DNA of 64,000 nucleotides from Candidatus Eiseniibacteriota bacterium (GTDB lineage Bacteria; Eisenbacteria; RBG-16-71-46): NCBI GenBank assembly GCA_963776245.1, contig CAVZLN010000006.1, positions 5,215 to 69,214 of the forward strand, given 5' to 3'. The notes under the pieces are model-generated. The model saw only the letters and a program-made list of their open reading frames with translations, searched no databases and was not told the DNA's origin. Every line of letters starts with the position of its first letter. Positions within the stretch are counted from its first letter, which is position 1. The translations under genes and the position numbers were made by a program. Shown here piece after piece: positions 1 through 9,316 of this stretch.

Positions 1-1545
1 ACGTACCCGGGCCCGCGCGTCGCGATCCGCAGCCGCGAGAACACGATGTCCTTCCCCGTGTCGACGCAGAGCACGAACAGCGGCACGTCGGTAGCGGTTG
101 TGCTTCGACGGGCGATCCGACCAGCGGCCGGCCCGCGACGCTGCCGCCCTTGATCGGGAACACGCGCCGGCCGAGCCGCGCGCGGGCGAACCGGTAGACG
201 TGCTCGGTGTGCGCACCGCCGGAGTCGACCACGGTGCACTCGACCCGCAGCTTCTGCCCGCTCTCGTGGTCGAACGTCTGGCCGAGGAACTTGTCGAGGT
301 CGAACCAGACCGCCTGGCGTCGCGGGGTCGCCGTGGAGCTGGGTGAACGCGATCAGCCAGGACTCCTCGCCGGCGCCGTAGCCCTTGACGACCGCCTCGA
401 GGCGATCGCCCTGCACGTCGACCGCGGCGACGAGCACGCCGACCCCGCTCGGCACCTCGGCCGGGTAGCGCTCGAGCCGCGTCAGCAGCGAGCCCGCGGC
501 GACCGAGTCGCCGCGCTCCTCCCAGGTCTCGCCCAGCACCGTGTTGACCCAGGTCTTGAGCCGGAACGGATCCTCCTTCGCCTGCAGGAACTCCGCGGCG
601 CACCGGGCCCACGACTTCCAGCCCAGCGGCGAGTAGAGCGCCGAGAGGTGAAAGCCCGCGGTGCGGCTCTCGCTCGTCGGCCGTGGGGCGCCACTCGCCG
701 CGGGCCAGCATCTCGGTCTTGTGCCGCTCCTCGACGCGCCCGCCGCAGCGACCGCAGACCATGTGCGCGGTCTCGGGGTGCCCCTCCTCCCACTCGATCC
801 GGTGGTGCTCGGGTCCGCGCCAGAGCAGGTAGTCCAGGTGCCCGCAGAGCGGGCAGGGACGAAGTAGCGCCGCTGGTCGCTCGCCAGGTACTCGCGCTCG
901 ATCCGCGAGAGGCCCTTCACCGTCGGCGTGCTGGTCAGCAGGACCTTCCGCCGCGAGAACGTCGCGGTGCGCTTCTCGGCGAGCGCCACCGGGTCGCCCT
1001 GGCCGTCGACGTCGCCCGGGTACTCGTCGACCTCGTCCATGAACAGGAACCGGATCGGCATCGAGCGCAGGCCGGCGCCCGGAGTTGGCGCCGGTGATGA
1101 TCAGCAGCCCGCCCTCGAATTCCTTCACCTGGACGGTGTTCCCGCTGTCGCGCGAGCGCGACTCGGCCACCCGCTCGCGCAGCACCGGGCTCGCCTCGAT
1201 CATCGGCGCGATGCGCTGCTTGCTGACGCGCTTGGCGACCTCGACGGTGGGCTGGACCATCAGCATCGGCCCCGGGCAGCGGTGGATCACGTAGCCGATC
1301 CAGTTGTTCCCGCACTCGGTCTTGCCGATCTGGGCGCCCGACATGATCACCACGCGCTCGGCCGGGTTCGAGGGCGAGAGCGCATCCATGATCTCGCCCA
1401 GGTAGGGCGTGCGTGAGGTGCGCCAGTGCCCGGGCTCGGCCGAGGCCACCTCGCTCAGGATGCGATGCTCGTCGGCCCACTCGGAGATGGTCGAGTCGGG
1501 GTCCGGGGCCGAGCCCGGCGGCGAACGCTCGCGCGGAGATCTCAA
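1..1545 (-). CDS. phage terminase large subunit, lambda gpA family (partial, continues past window start; apparent +1 frameshift near 1080)
   Basis: Own translation of the minus strand (frame not listed in the track because the ORF runs off the window edge): STISEWADEHRILSEVAS...YLGEIMDALSPSNPAERVVIMSGAQIGKTECGNNWIGYVIHRCPGPMLMVQPTVEVAKRVSKQRIAPMIEASPVLRERV...NTVQVKEFEGGLLIITGANS. This matches the gpA N-terminal ATPase region, P-loop-like SGAQIGKTE. A probable TTG start is near 1545, directly after an in-frame stop at 1555-1557. Confidence 0.7.
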   Translation of the reverse strand, partial: MRSPRERSPPGSAPDPDSTISEWADEHRILSEVASAEPGHWRTSRTPYLGEIMDALSPSNPAERVVIMSGAQIGKTECGNNWIGYVIHRCPGPMLMVQPTVEVAKRVSKQRIAPMIEASPVLRERVAESRSRDSGNTVQVKEFEGGLLIITGANSGRRPALDADPVPVHGRGRRVPGRRRRPGRPGGARREAHRDVLAAEGPADQHADGEGPLADRARVPGERPAALLRPCPLCGHLDYLLWRGPEHHRIEWEEGHPETAHMVCGRCGGRVEERHKTEMLARGEWRPTADEREPHRGLSPLGALLAAGLEVVGPVRRGVPAGEGGSVPAQDLGQHGAGRDLGGARRLGRRGLAADAARALPGRGAERGRRARRRGRRAGRSPRGGRQGLRRRRGVLADRVHPAPRRPRDARRSGSTSTSSSARRSTTRAGRSCGSSAPWSTPAVRTPSTSTGSPARGSAGACSRSRAAASRAGRWSDRPSKHNRYRRAAVRALRRHGEGHRVLAAADRDARARVR

Positions 1546-3465
1546 TCGCCGTGGTCACGAGACAGTGCCTCCAGAGCCGCCTGGCGCAGCTCGGCGGTCA
1601 GGGTGCGGTGGATGTCGGCGGGCTCGTCCTTCGCCGGCGAGGACCGGCGCCAGGCGATCCGGCAGCGACAGGATGGCCTCGCGGACGCGCCGTCCGACCG
1701 TGAAGCTTCGACCCGGACGTCGTCACCGCGACCAGCGTGCCGGACAGGCGCTCGAACTCGAGCTCGCGGTCGGGCGCGGTAGGTCTCGTGCAGCGTGCGC
1801 GCGGCCTGGTAGCCGGACCGGCGCGGTGCCCCGTTCGCGCAAGGCGACGCCAGCCGCGTCCTCCAGCCCGGCGACGCCGATGGGGTCCGAGGCGGCCCGG
1901 GCGCGCGGTGCTGGGCACCCCGGAGACGCTGTTGCGCGGCTTGGACTCGTCGGTGTTGGCCGCCCACGCGCGGTCGGCGCGCCTCCGGGTCCACCTTGCC
2001 GCCCGGCCGCGACCGGGATGCGCCCCGCGGCGATCGCCTTCTGGACCGCCGGGTGCGTGACCCCGCGGTGGCGGGCGTAGGCCGCTGGCTGATGGGAGCC
2101 CCCATGCTGCCTCCGCTACTCCCCGACGCCGCGAGCACAGCCGCGACCTCGGCGAACGGCTGCTCGCCCGCCCAGCGGGCGATGCCACCGGTGGCGTCCT
2201 GCCAGCGGCGGACGATCACGTCCACGAACCGCGGGTCGATCTCGACCAGCCGCGCCCGGAGCCCGAGCGCATCGCAGGCCATCAGGGTCGAGCCCGAGCC
2301 GCCGAACGGGTCCAGCACGTGAGCGCCCGCCGGGCGCGCTGTTGCGCAGCATCTGCGCGACCAGCCCGACCGGCTTCATGGTCGGGTGCTCGGGGTCGAG
2401 GTCGGCCGGTCCTCGTCGATCACCGTGCCGGCGGCTCACGTGAGGTCTCGCCGCGCACGATGAGCGTGGTCTCCCCAGCACGATCTGCCACTCGTGCTCC
2501 CCACCTGCTGAACGGCGGCCGTCGACTCGGAGTGACTTGTCGCGGCCCCGAGCCAGGTGCGGCAGCGCCGGGCTTCCAGCCGTAGAGGATCGGCTCGTGC
2601 AGCCAGTGGTAGTCGAAGCGCCAGAGCGTGAACGCGTTCTTGCGCCAGATCAGGCACGACGAGAGGTAGAACCCCGCCTCCTTGAACGCCGTGCGGAAGG
2701 AGAAGCCCCCGGTGTCCGGGTGCGCGACGTAGATCGGGGCCCCGGGTCGCATCGACTCGAGACCGCGGCGAACGCGCCGCGGAACGCCGCGAACTCGTCG
2801 ATCGGACAGCGCGTCGTTCTGGATCGTCCCGGCGCTCGCCCTCGTAGGACCGACGTTGTACGGCGGGTCGGTCCACACGCAGTCGGCCGAGCTGGCCCTC
2901 GAGCACGCGCCGGAGGTCCTCGAGCTGCGTGGCGTCGCCGCACAGGACGCGGTGCTCGCCCAGGTGCCAGAGGTCGCCGCGGCGCGTGACGGGCTCGGCG
3001 GGCAGCGGCGGGAGCGGCGGCTCCTCGACTACTCGGCGGCGTGAGACGCTCGCCAGGATCTCCGCGATCTCCTCCTCGCTGAACCCGGTGATGCCCAGGT
3101 CGAAGCCGAGGCTGCCCGAGGGCCGGCAGCTCCTCGGCCAGCATGCTCGTTCGACCAGCCGGCGTTCAGCGCGATCTTGTTGTCCGCGATGATGAACGCC
3201 CGCCGCTGGACCGGCGTCAGGTGCCGCTCCTCGACCACCGGCACCAGCGGCAGCCCGAGGCGCAGCGGCCGCCAGGTAGCGGCCGTTGCCCGCCACGATC
3301 TCGCCGGGTCTCGCCGTTCACCATGATCGGCCACAGGAAGCCGAACTCGCGCATGCTGGCCGCGATCTCGGCGATCTGCTCGTCCGAGTGCGTGCGCGGG
3401 TTGCGCGCGAGCGGGACCAGCCGCTCGGTCTTCCACAGCTCGATCCGGGTGATGATCATCGGCAC
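1542..3465 (-). pseudogene. ParB-like nuclease domain fused to DNA (N6-adenine/N4-cytosine) methyltransferase, split over at least 4 reading frames
   Basis: ORF fragments in order: 3217-3465 (RIELWKTERLVPLARNPRTHSDEQIAEIAASMREFG, ParB N-terminal domain); 3029-3865 C-terminal part (LTPVQRRAFIIADNKIALNAGW); 2436-3296 (GDLWHLGEHRVLCGDATQ); 2420-2878 (DPPYN motif IV); 1542-2318 (DPFGGSGST motif I). Each fragment sits in a different frame. Confidence 0.7.
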
Positions 3466-3566
3466 GATGGCGAGCGCGTCCTGGATGGCCGTGCGCGCCG
3501 CGGCACCGCTCAGGCGCGCGTCCCCGGCGGCGTCGGGGGTGGACCGGCGCCGAGGCGGCGATATCG

Positions 3567-3714
3567 TCTTTCTGAACCGTCACACCGTCACACGCCGCGA
3601 TTGGCGCGGCTGCGGTGGCTTTCTGAACCGTCACAGCCCCAATTCCTGTTACGGTTCGAAAAGTGGGTTCCGACCGCGCGGGCCGCGGGTTGTTACGGTG
3701 TGACGGTTCGGAGG
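3567..3714. repeat. array of four GAACCGT half-sites (two direct, two inverted) within about 150 bp of non-coding DNA
   Basis: tctttctgaaccgtcacaccgtcac (3567-3594), ggctttctgaaccgtcacagcc (3618-3639), ctgttacggttcgaaaag (3646-3663), gttacggtgtgacggttcggag (3693-3714, reverse complement of copy 1). Seen directly in the sequence. Confidence 0.5.
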
Positions 3715-3865
3715 CCCCTTTACCGCCCCCCGCGCGCACGCGAGCGCACGCGAGCCTCCTGCGGGCGGCACCTACCGGTTGCGCGGTTGCGTGAGCATCG
3801 CCGGGGATGGAGCCCCCCTCCCCCGGCGGGTCCGTCTCCGTCACTACCCTGTGACCCTTGGACAC

Positions 3866-3902
3866 TGGAAACCTCCCTGGTCTGGAAACTTGCGTGGAAA
3901 CT
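3866..3902. promoter_or_regulatory. three direct TGGAAAC repeats upstream of the repeat-protein gene (possible regulator binding sites)
   Basis: tggaaac at 3866, 3883 and 3896 in a locally lower-GC stretch, about 200 bp upstream of the ATG at 4102. Confidence 0.3.
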
Positions 3903-4101
3903 CCGCCGCTAGCGGGGCATCGCCGTCGCCGTCACCCGCATATTCATTGGCCCGGAAGGACCCATGGACGGCACGGTGCCCACGAGCCAGGGCCGGCTAC
4001 CGTGAACGTAGATTCCTTGCGAGGGAATTGCGCGGTCAGGCTATACTCAGGGTCGCGGCACCATTCGGCCAGCACACGTAACACCTCTCGGAGGCCGCTC
4101 C

Positions 4102-5810
4102 ATGCACAAGGCCACAGCGTTCTTCTTCGTCTGCGCGGGGCTGCTCGGTCTCGCGCTCCTGCTGCCGCGCCCCGCCGCTGCGGCCTGGCCGACCGATCCC
4201 ACTCGTGAACGTGCCGATCTGCACCGCCACCGGCGATCAGTCGCATCCCACCATCGTCTCGGACGGCGCGGGCGGGGCCATCGTCACCTGGTAGGACCAC
4301 CGCAGCGGCACACTACGACATCTACGCCCAGCGGGTCTCGGCCGACGGCACGGTCCAGTGGACGGCCAACGGCGTGGCCCTCTGCACCGCCACCGGCAAC
4401 CAGGCGACCCCACCATCGTCTCGGACGGCGCGGGCGGGGCCATCGTCACCTGGACGGACTACCCGCAGCGGCACCGACGACATCTACGCCCAGCGGATCT
4501 CGGCCGCTGGCACGGTCCAGTGGACGGCCAACGGCGTGGCCCTCTGCACCGCCACCGGCGATCAGGCGTACCCCACCATCGTCTCGGACGGCGCGGGCGG
4601 GGCCATCGTCACCTGGGAGGACTACCGCAGCGGCACGACTCCGACATCTACGCCCAGCGGATCTCGGCCGCTGGCACGGTCCAGTGGACGGCCAACGGCG
4701 TGGCCCTCTGCACCGCCACCGGCGATCAGCACGACCCCACCATCGTCTCGGACGGCGCGGGCGGGGCCATCGTCACCTGGGAGGACGACCGCAGCGGCAC
4801 CGACTACGACATCTACGCCCAGCGGATCTCGGCCGCTGGCACGGTCCAGTGGACGGCCAACGGCGTGGCCCTCTGCACCGCCACCGGCGATCAGATCGAC
4901 CCCACCATCGTCTCGGACGGCGCGGGCGGGGCCATCGTCACCTGGGAGGACTACCGCAGCGGCACCGACTGCGACATCTACGCCCAGCGGATCTCGGCCG
5001 GCGGCACGGTCCAGTGGACGGCCGACGGCGTGGCCCTCTGCACCGCCACCGGCGATCAGCGTACCCCACCATCGTCTCGGACGGCGCGGGCGGGGCCATC
5101 GTCACCTGGAAGGACCACCGCAGCGGCACCAGCTACGACATCTACGCCCAGCGGATCTCGGCCGGTGGCACGGTCCAGTGGACGGCCAACGGCGTGGCCC
5201 TCTGCACCGCCACCGGCGACCAGTCCGTACCCCACCATCGCCTCGGACGGCGCGGGCGGGGCCATCGTCACCTGGCAGGACCGCCGCAGCGGCAACTACC
5301 GACATCTACGCCCAGCGGATCTCGGCCGGCGGCACGGTCCAGTGGACGGCCAACGGCGTGGCCCTCTGCACCGCCACCGGCGACCAGGGCCATCCCACCA
5401 TCGTCTCGGACGGCGCGGGCGGGGCCATCGTCACCTGGCAGGACAACCGCAGCGGCAGCACTACGACATCTACGCCCAGCGCGTGCAGGCGAACGGCCAA
5501 CTCGGCGGCGACGTCGGTGAGCGTGCCGGGCGAGGCCGCGCTCGCGTTCGCGCTCGATCCCGTGCGCCCGAATCCCACGCGCGGCGGCGCGCTGACGGTG
5601 CACTTCACGCTCGCGAGCGCGGCGGCCGCTTCGCTCGAACTGTTCGACGTCGCCGGGCGCCGCATCGCCGCGCGCGAGGTGGGCTCGCTCGGCGCGGGAC
5701 GCCACACGCTCGACCTTGGCGAGGGCCAGCACCTCGCACCCGGGCTCTACCTGGTGTGCCTGCGGCAGGGCACGAACACGCGAGTGACGCGGGTGGCGGT
5801 GCTCGAGTAG
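4102..5810 (+). CDS. secreted tandem-repeat protein (at least 10 copies of an ~40-aa unit) with FlgD-Ig-like C-terminal sorting domain; reading frame switches between repeats
   Basis: Signal peptide MHKATAFFFVCAGLLGLALLLPRPAAAAWP. Repeat unit DPTIVSDGAGGAIVTWEDYRSGTDYDIYAQRISAAGTVQWTANGVALCTATGDQ is recovered alternately from three overlapping + ORFs (4102-5520, 4358-5968, 4374-5810). C-terminus LDPVRPNPTRGGALTVHFTLASAAAASLELFDVAGRRIAAREVGSLGAGRHTLDLGEGQHLAPGLYLVCLRQGTNTRVTRVAVLE. Confidence 0.6.
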
Positions 5811-6072
5811 CGCGAGCGACGCCGAGCAGGAATCCGCTGCCGAGTTGGGGCCGCCATCGAGGCGCTGCACCGGCGACATGCCGGCGCAGGCGATCCGCCC
5901 CGCCATTGTGCTTCGTTTTGTGCTCGAACCATCGAGCACCATCGGTTTCTACGTGCTGGATGTGGTAACACCGCTCTCGCGTATGGTGGCCACACGTGGT
6001 CCATTGTGGCCAATGGTGGCCAGTGGTCTCACCCCGTCCCACCAACTCAAAATCCCGTTCGAGCAATCGAGT

Positions 6073-6100
6073 GTGGGTTCGACCCCCACCTCCGGCACCA
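6073..6100 (+). other. tRNA 3'-half-like fragment (T-arm, acceptor 3' strand, discriminator, CCA) with no matching 5' half; candidate att-site remnant
   Basis: gtggg-ttcgacc-cccac (T stem and 7-nt loop), ctccggc (acceptor 3' strand), a, cca. No complementary GCCGGAG or D-arm found in the preceding 90 nt. Confidence 0.4.
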
Positions 6101-6331
6101 GCCTCTTGCACACACTTACGGCCGCGGGCTGCGTCGCGCATCGCGCCTCCCTCCCGCAGATTGTGCTTGGTCTGCCCCAGTTCTCGGGCGGGCGTCGCTC
6201 GTGCGCTCCAACCTGCGGCGAGCTCCGCGTGAGGCCACGGCAACGCGATCAGCAGTTCAAGCCCTCGCGTCAACTACGAGTCTCTGCGCCTGCGGCGATT
6301 CGACTTCCAGGGCCTTTCGAAAGGCGCCCCC

Positions 6332-8386
6332 TTGAGACCACTTCAGGAAGTCCACCATCGCAAGCTGGATGTGGCTCCCCCTCGCCATGACCATCGTGCA
6401 CCGGCGAGAGAGCCGTGGGTCGTCTGTCTGCTGGTGGCAATGGTGCTGGCTGCCGTCGGCGTGGACGCGCTCCGCGTCGGCTTCTTCGCTGACGACTTCC
6501 ACTTCCTCGACGTCGCTCTCCGCGTGCCGCTCGCGACGCTCGTCACGGGCGCCCACGGCATGTGGCCCTGGTATCGCCCCCTTTCACGGGAACTCTTCTT
6601 CAAGGGCATCGCCACCGTAGGACCGGATGGTCTAGTCGCGGCACATGCCGTGAGCCTTCTGACGTTGCTCGGCATCCTCTGGCTCGTCTGGCGCATCGGG
6701 CGACGCCTGCTCGGTCCCTCGGCGGCAGCGATCGCCATCGCGCTCGTGGTGACGTTCGACCACACGAAGTTCCTCACGGCGTGGGCGAGTGGACTCCAGG
6801 ATCTGCTCTCCACGTTCCTCATCCTGCTTGCCGTTGATGCCCATCAGGCGGGCCGACACCGGCTCGCGCTGCTCGGCGTCGTCCTTGCGCCGATGGCCAA
6901 GGAGACAGGCTTCGTCGCGCTTCCGCTCCTGATCGCCAGTGATGTGGTGCTCCTGCGGCGCGTCGGGCGCGTTCCCCAACTGCTGCGCTACGCGAGCGGG
7001 GCCGTTCTCTCGCTGTGCATCCACGTCGCTGCCCGACTGTCCTGGGGCGCGGCCACGGGCACGCTGAGGAACGTCATCGAACCCGAACGATTGACGGCTG
7101 TCCTCAGCGGCGCGGCGCGAGGCTTCATCCTTCGCGCCCCCGAGACCGCACCCGGCGCCGAGGCACTGGTTCTTGCTTCGATCGCCGCTCTGCTCTCTTT
7201 CGCGCTGGTCGCACTGGCCCGCTCATTCGAACGTGAGGCTCCCGAAGCTCCCAACCAGACGATCCACCGCCGCGGGATCCTCTTCGCGACCGTGGCGGCC
7301 CTGTTCGGTGTGGTGCCGGTCGTGGTCGGTCACCTGCTGACCCTGACGTTCGCACACAGCTATCACCTGTTTCCCGCAATCCCGTGGATCGCCCTCCTGC
7401 TCGCTCGCGGGATCCAGCAGCTACCGAGCCTCGTCTGGCGGTCCGCGCTTCCGATACTGGTCGCCTGGAACGTCTGGGCTTCGGGGTTCGTTGCACTCGA
7501 CATGGACCGGAGTGAGAACTGGGGATTCCAGCGCTGGGACTGGGGACAGACCCTGCGCTTCACGGCCCAGACGCAGCGGCTCTCCGAGGATGTACGCCGC
7601 AGTCTCGCGGCACGACCGGAGAGTCTCGTCGTCCTCTACGATGGCCGCCCGGGCGGCGCGTACTTCCAGACCGAGGATGGGCCGGCCACCCGGGTGATCC
7701 TCGGCGACCCGACCGTGCGTACGTTCGGCCTCAACGAACCGCCTGCGGATATTCGGGAGGACCGCCTATCCATCCTGACGTTCGATACCGACCGCCTTCA
7801 CCTGCGCCCGGTGGACTGGACTCACTCCGAGACACTGCTGCGGGCGATGAAGGCCGTGACGGCAGGTCGCGGGGACGTGGCTCTGGCACTGCTCGCCTTC
7901 AACGCCTCTTCGGATCCGGCCCCGTTCGACCGCGCCTATGTGCGTTCCGCAGCGCTGCTCTTGACGGGCGGCTCAACCCGCTACATCGCGGGACTGGAAG
8001 AGGCTGGACTCGGCGATACGACAAGGGCTCTCCCGTCCAGACTCTCGGCCCCGCTTGCGCAGCGCGATCGAGGGCTTGCCGCGGTCATGGAGAGAATGAC
8101 GCGAAGCCCCACATCTGCATCAACACACGCGGCGCTTGCCGAATCGCTACTGGCGCGGGAGGCGCTTCCCGCCGCGGGCGTCGAATTCCGAATCGCATCG
8201 ACGTTGGACGCCGGACGCCTCGCAGACCGCTACCGACTCGCCCTGGTCATGCTCGGCCTGGGGGGCACTCGCGAAGCCGTCGCGGAGCTGCAAGCGCTGG
8301 TGGACATGCCGACCTCAGGTGCAGTGCGCCCCGCCGCGCGCGCACTTCTCGATCGCGTCCGAAGCGAGTCGCGGCTGACGCCCTGA
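6332..8386 (+). CDS. polytopic membrane protein with C-terminal TPR-like region (possible PMT/ArnT-like glycosyltransferase fold)
   Basis: 684-aa ORF. N-terminal half has multiple hydrophobic helices (WVVCLLVAMVLAAVGV, LLTLLGILWLVW, AIAIALVVTF and others) and an FFADDFHFLD motif. C-terminal half is soluble and alanine/leucine-rich with helical repeats. Confidence 0.5.
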   Translation: MRPLQEVHHRKLDVAPPRHDHRAPAREPWVVCLLVAMVLAAVGVDALRVGFFADDFHFLDVALRVPLATLVTGAHGMWPWYRPLSRELFFKGIATVGPDGLVAAHAVSLLTLLGILWLVWRIGRRLLGPSAAAIAIALVVTFDHTKFLTAWASGLQDLLSTFLILLAVDAHQAGRHRLALLGVVLAPMAKETGFVALPLLIASDVVLLRRVGRVPQLLRYASGAVLSLCIHVAARLSWGAATGTLRNVIEPERLTAVLSGAARGFILRAPETAPGAEALVLASIAALLSFALVALARSFEREAPEAPNQTIHRRGILFATVAALFGVVPVVVGHLLTLTFAHSYHLFPAIPWIALLLARGIQQLPSLVWRSALPILVAWNVWASGFVALDMDRSENWGFQRWDWGQTLRFTAQTQRLSEDVRRSLAARPESLVVLYDGRPGGAYFQTEDGPATRVILGDPTVRTFGLNEPPADIREDRLSILTFDTDRLHLRPVDWTHSETLLRAMKAVTAGRGDVALALLAFNASSDPAPFDRAYVRSAALLLTGGSTRYIAGLEEAGLGDTTRALPSRLSAPLAQRDRGLAAVMERMTRSPTSASTHAALAESLLAREALPAAGVEFRIASTLDAGRLADRYRLALVMLGLGGTREAVAELQALVDMPTSGAVRPAARALLDRVRSESRLTP

Positions 8387-8558
8387 GGCCACCGCGATTA
8401 GCTTGAGCGCGCCCACACGCAGAAGCCACGGGGCCAAGGCAGCGGATTGGACAATCGATGCCCCGACTGGCTGGGGCTGCGGGTTTGGCACGGGAGTGCT
8501 CAAAGACCGGCATGAGCTCGCGGGGCCATCGTCTTCCTCCCACAACCCGCACGAGACC

Positions 8559-9182
8559 CTATCCCGCATTCCGCCTCAGGATCGACCTTGCCATTCGATT
8601 GCCCATCCAAGCAGCTTCCGAGAACCAGTACCGAGCCCATCTGGCGCTAGGCCTCACGCCCACTCCGTCTCGGTAGCAGAACCCGAGGTTGCAGAGTGCC
8701 TTCGCGTCGCCCTGACTGGCCGCCCGCCGGTAGCATCGAACTGCGGCGTCCCAGTTCCTACGTGTCCCAGGTCCCTCGTAGAAGCAGACGCCGAGGTCGC
8801 GCTGTGCATCTGCGTCATTCTGTTCAGCCGCTCTCTTGAACCAGTGAACGGCACGCCTCGCGTTTCGGGTGACACCCTTCCCATCCCTGTATGCGAGTGC
8901 CAGATTGTACTCGGCCGTCACCTCGCCCCGCCGCGCGGCTTGCCGGTAGTAGGCAATCGCCTTCCGGACATTCCTCGGCACGCCGTCGCCGACGTCATGG
9001 CACACGCCGAGATAGAACAAGGCCCGGGCGTGGCCCTGCGCCGCCGAACGCTTCCACCACTCGATGGCGTTGCGCCAGCGTCGAGGCCGATGCCGTCCAA
9101 GGGCGAGCCGGTAGCCAAGTCGAAACTGAGCATCGGCGTCTCCAGCAAGTGCAAGACGTCGAAGTGCGGCCGTCGTGATCAT
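8559..9182 (-). CDS. Sel1-like repeat (TPR-family) protein
   Basis: Repeated AxxWxxxAAxQGxAxAxxxLGxCYxxGxGVxRNxRKAxxWY units across 207 aa. Confidence 0.8.
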   Translation of the reverse strand: MITTAALRRLALAGDADAQFRLGYRLALGRHRPRRWRNAIEWWKRSAAQGHARALFYLGVCHDVGDGVPRNVRKAIAYYRQAARRGEVTAEYNLALAYRDGKGVTRNARRAVHWFKRAAEQNDADAQRDLGVCFYEGPGTRRNWDAAVRCYRRAASQGDAKALCNLGFCYRDGVGVRPSARWARYWFSEAAWMGNRMARSILRRNAG

Positions 9183-9316
9183 GCGAGTTCCCTCTCCTTG
9201 ACTCGGGAGATCAGGCCTCTGCTCCTGAGTTCATCTCGCTTCACCTCCCAATTGAATCGCACCGCTTCTCGGTTCGGGAGCACGCCTCACCTGTGCATCA
9301 CCTTTCACCGTTGGAT

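Noticed and set aside
3640-3680. tRNA-like T-loop ggttcgaaa at about 3652
   Set aside because: Not followed by the TCC stem closure or an acceptor/CCA end; part of the GAACCGT half-site array instead.
4200-5500. CRISPR array (periodic 120-nt nucleotide repeats)
   Set aside because: Repeats are in-frame coding repeats of a secreted protein (40-aa units), with no spacer/repeat alternation, no leader and no cas genes.
6010-6100. Complete tRNA or tmRNA gene
   Set aside because: Only the 3' T-arm/acceptor/CCA portion is present; no complementary 5' acceptor strand, D-arm or anticodon stem-loop could be built from the upstream 90 nt, and no tmRNA-like 5' GGGG...pairing was found.
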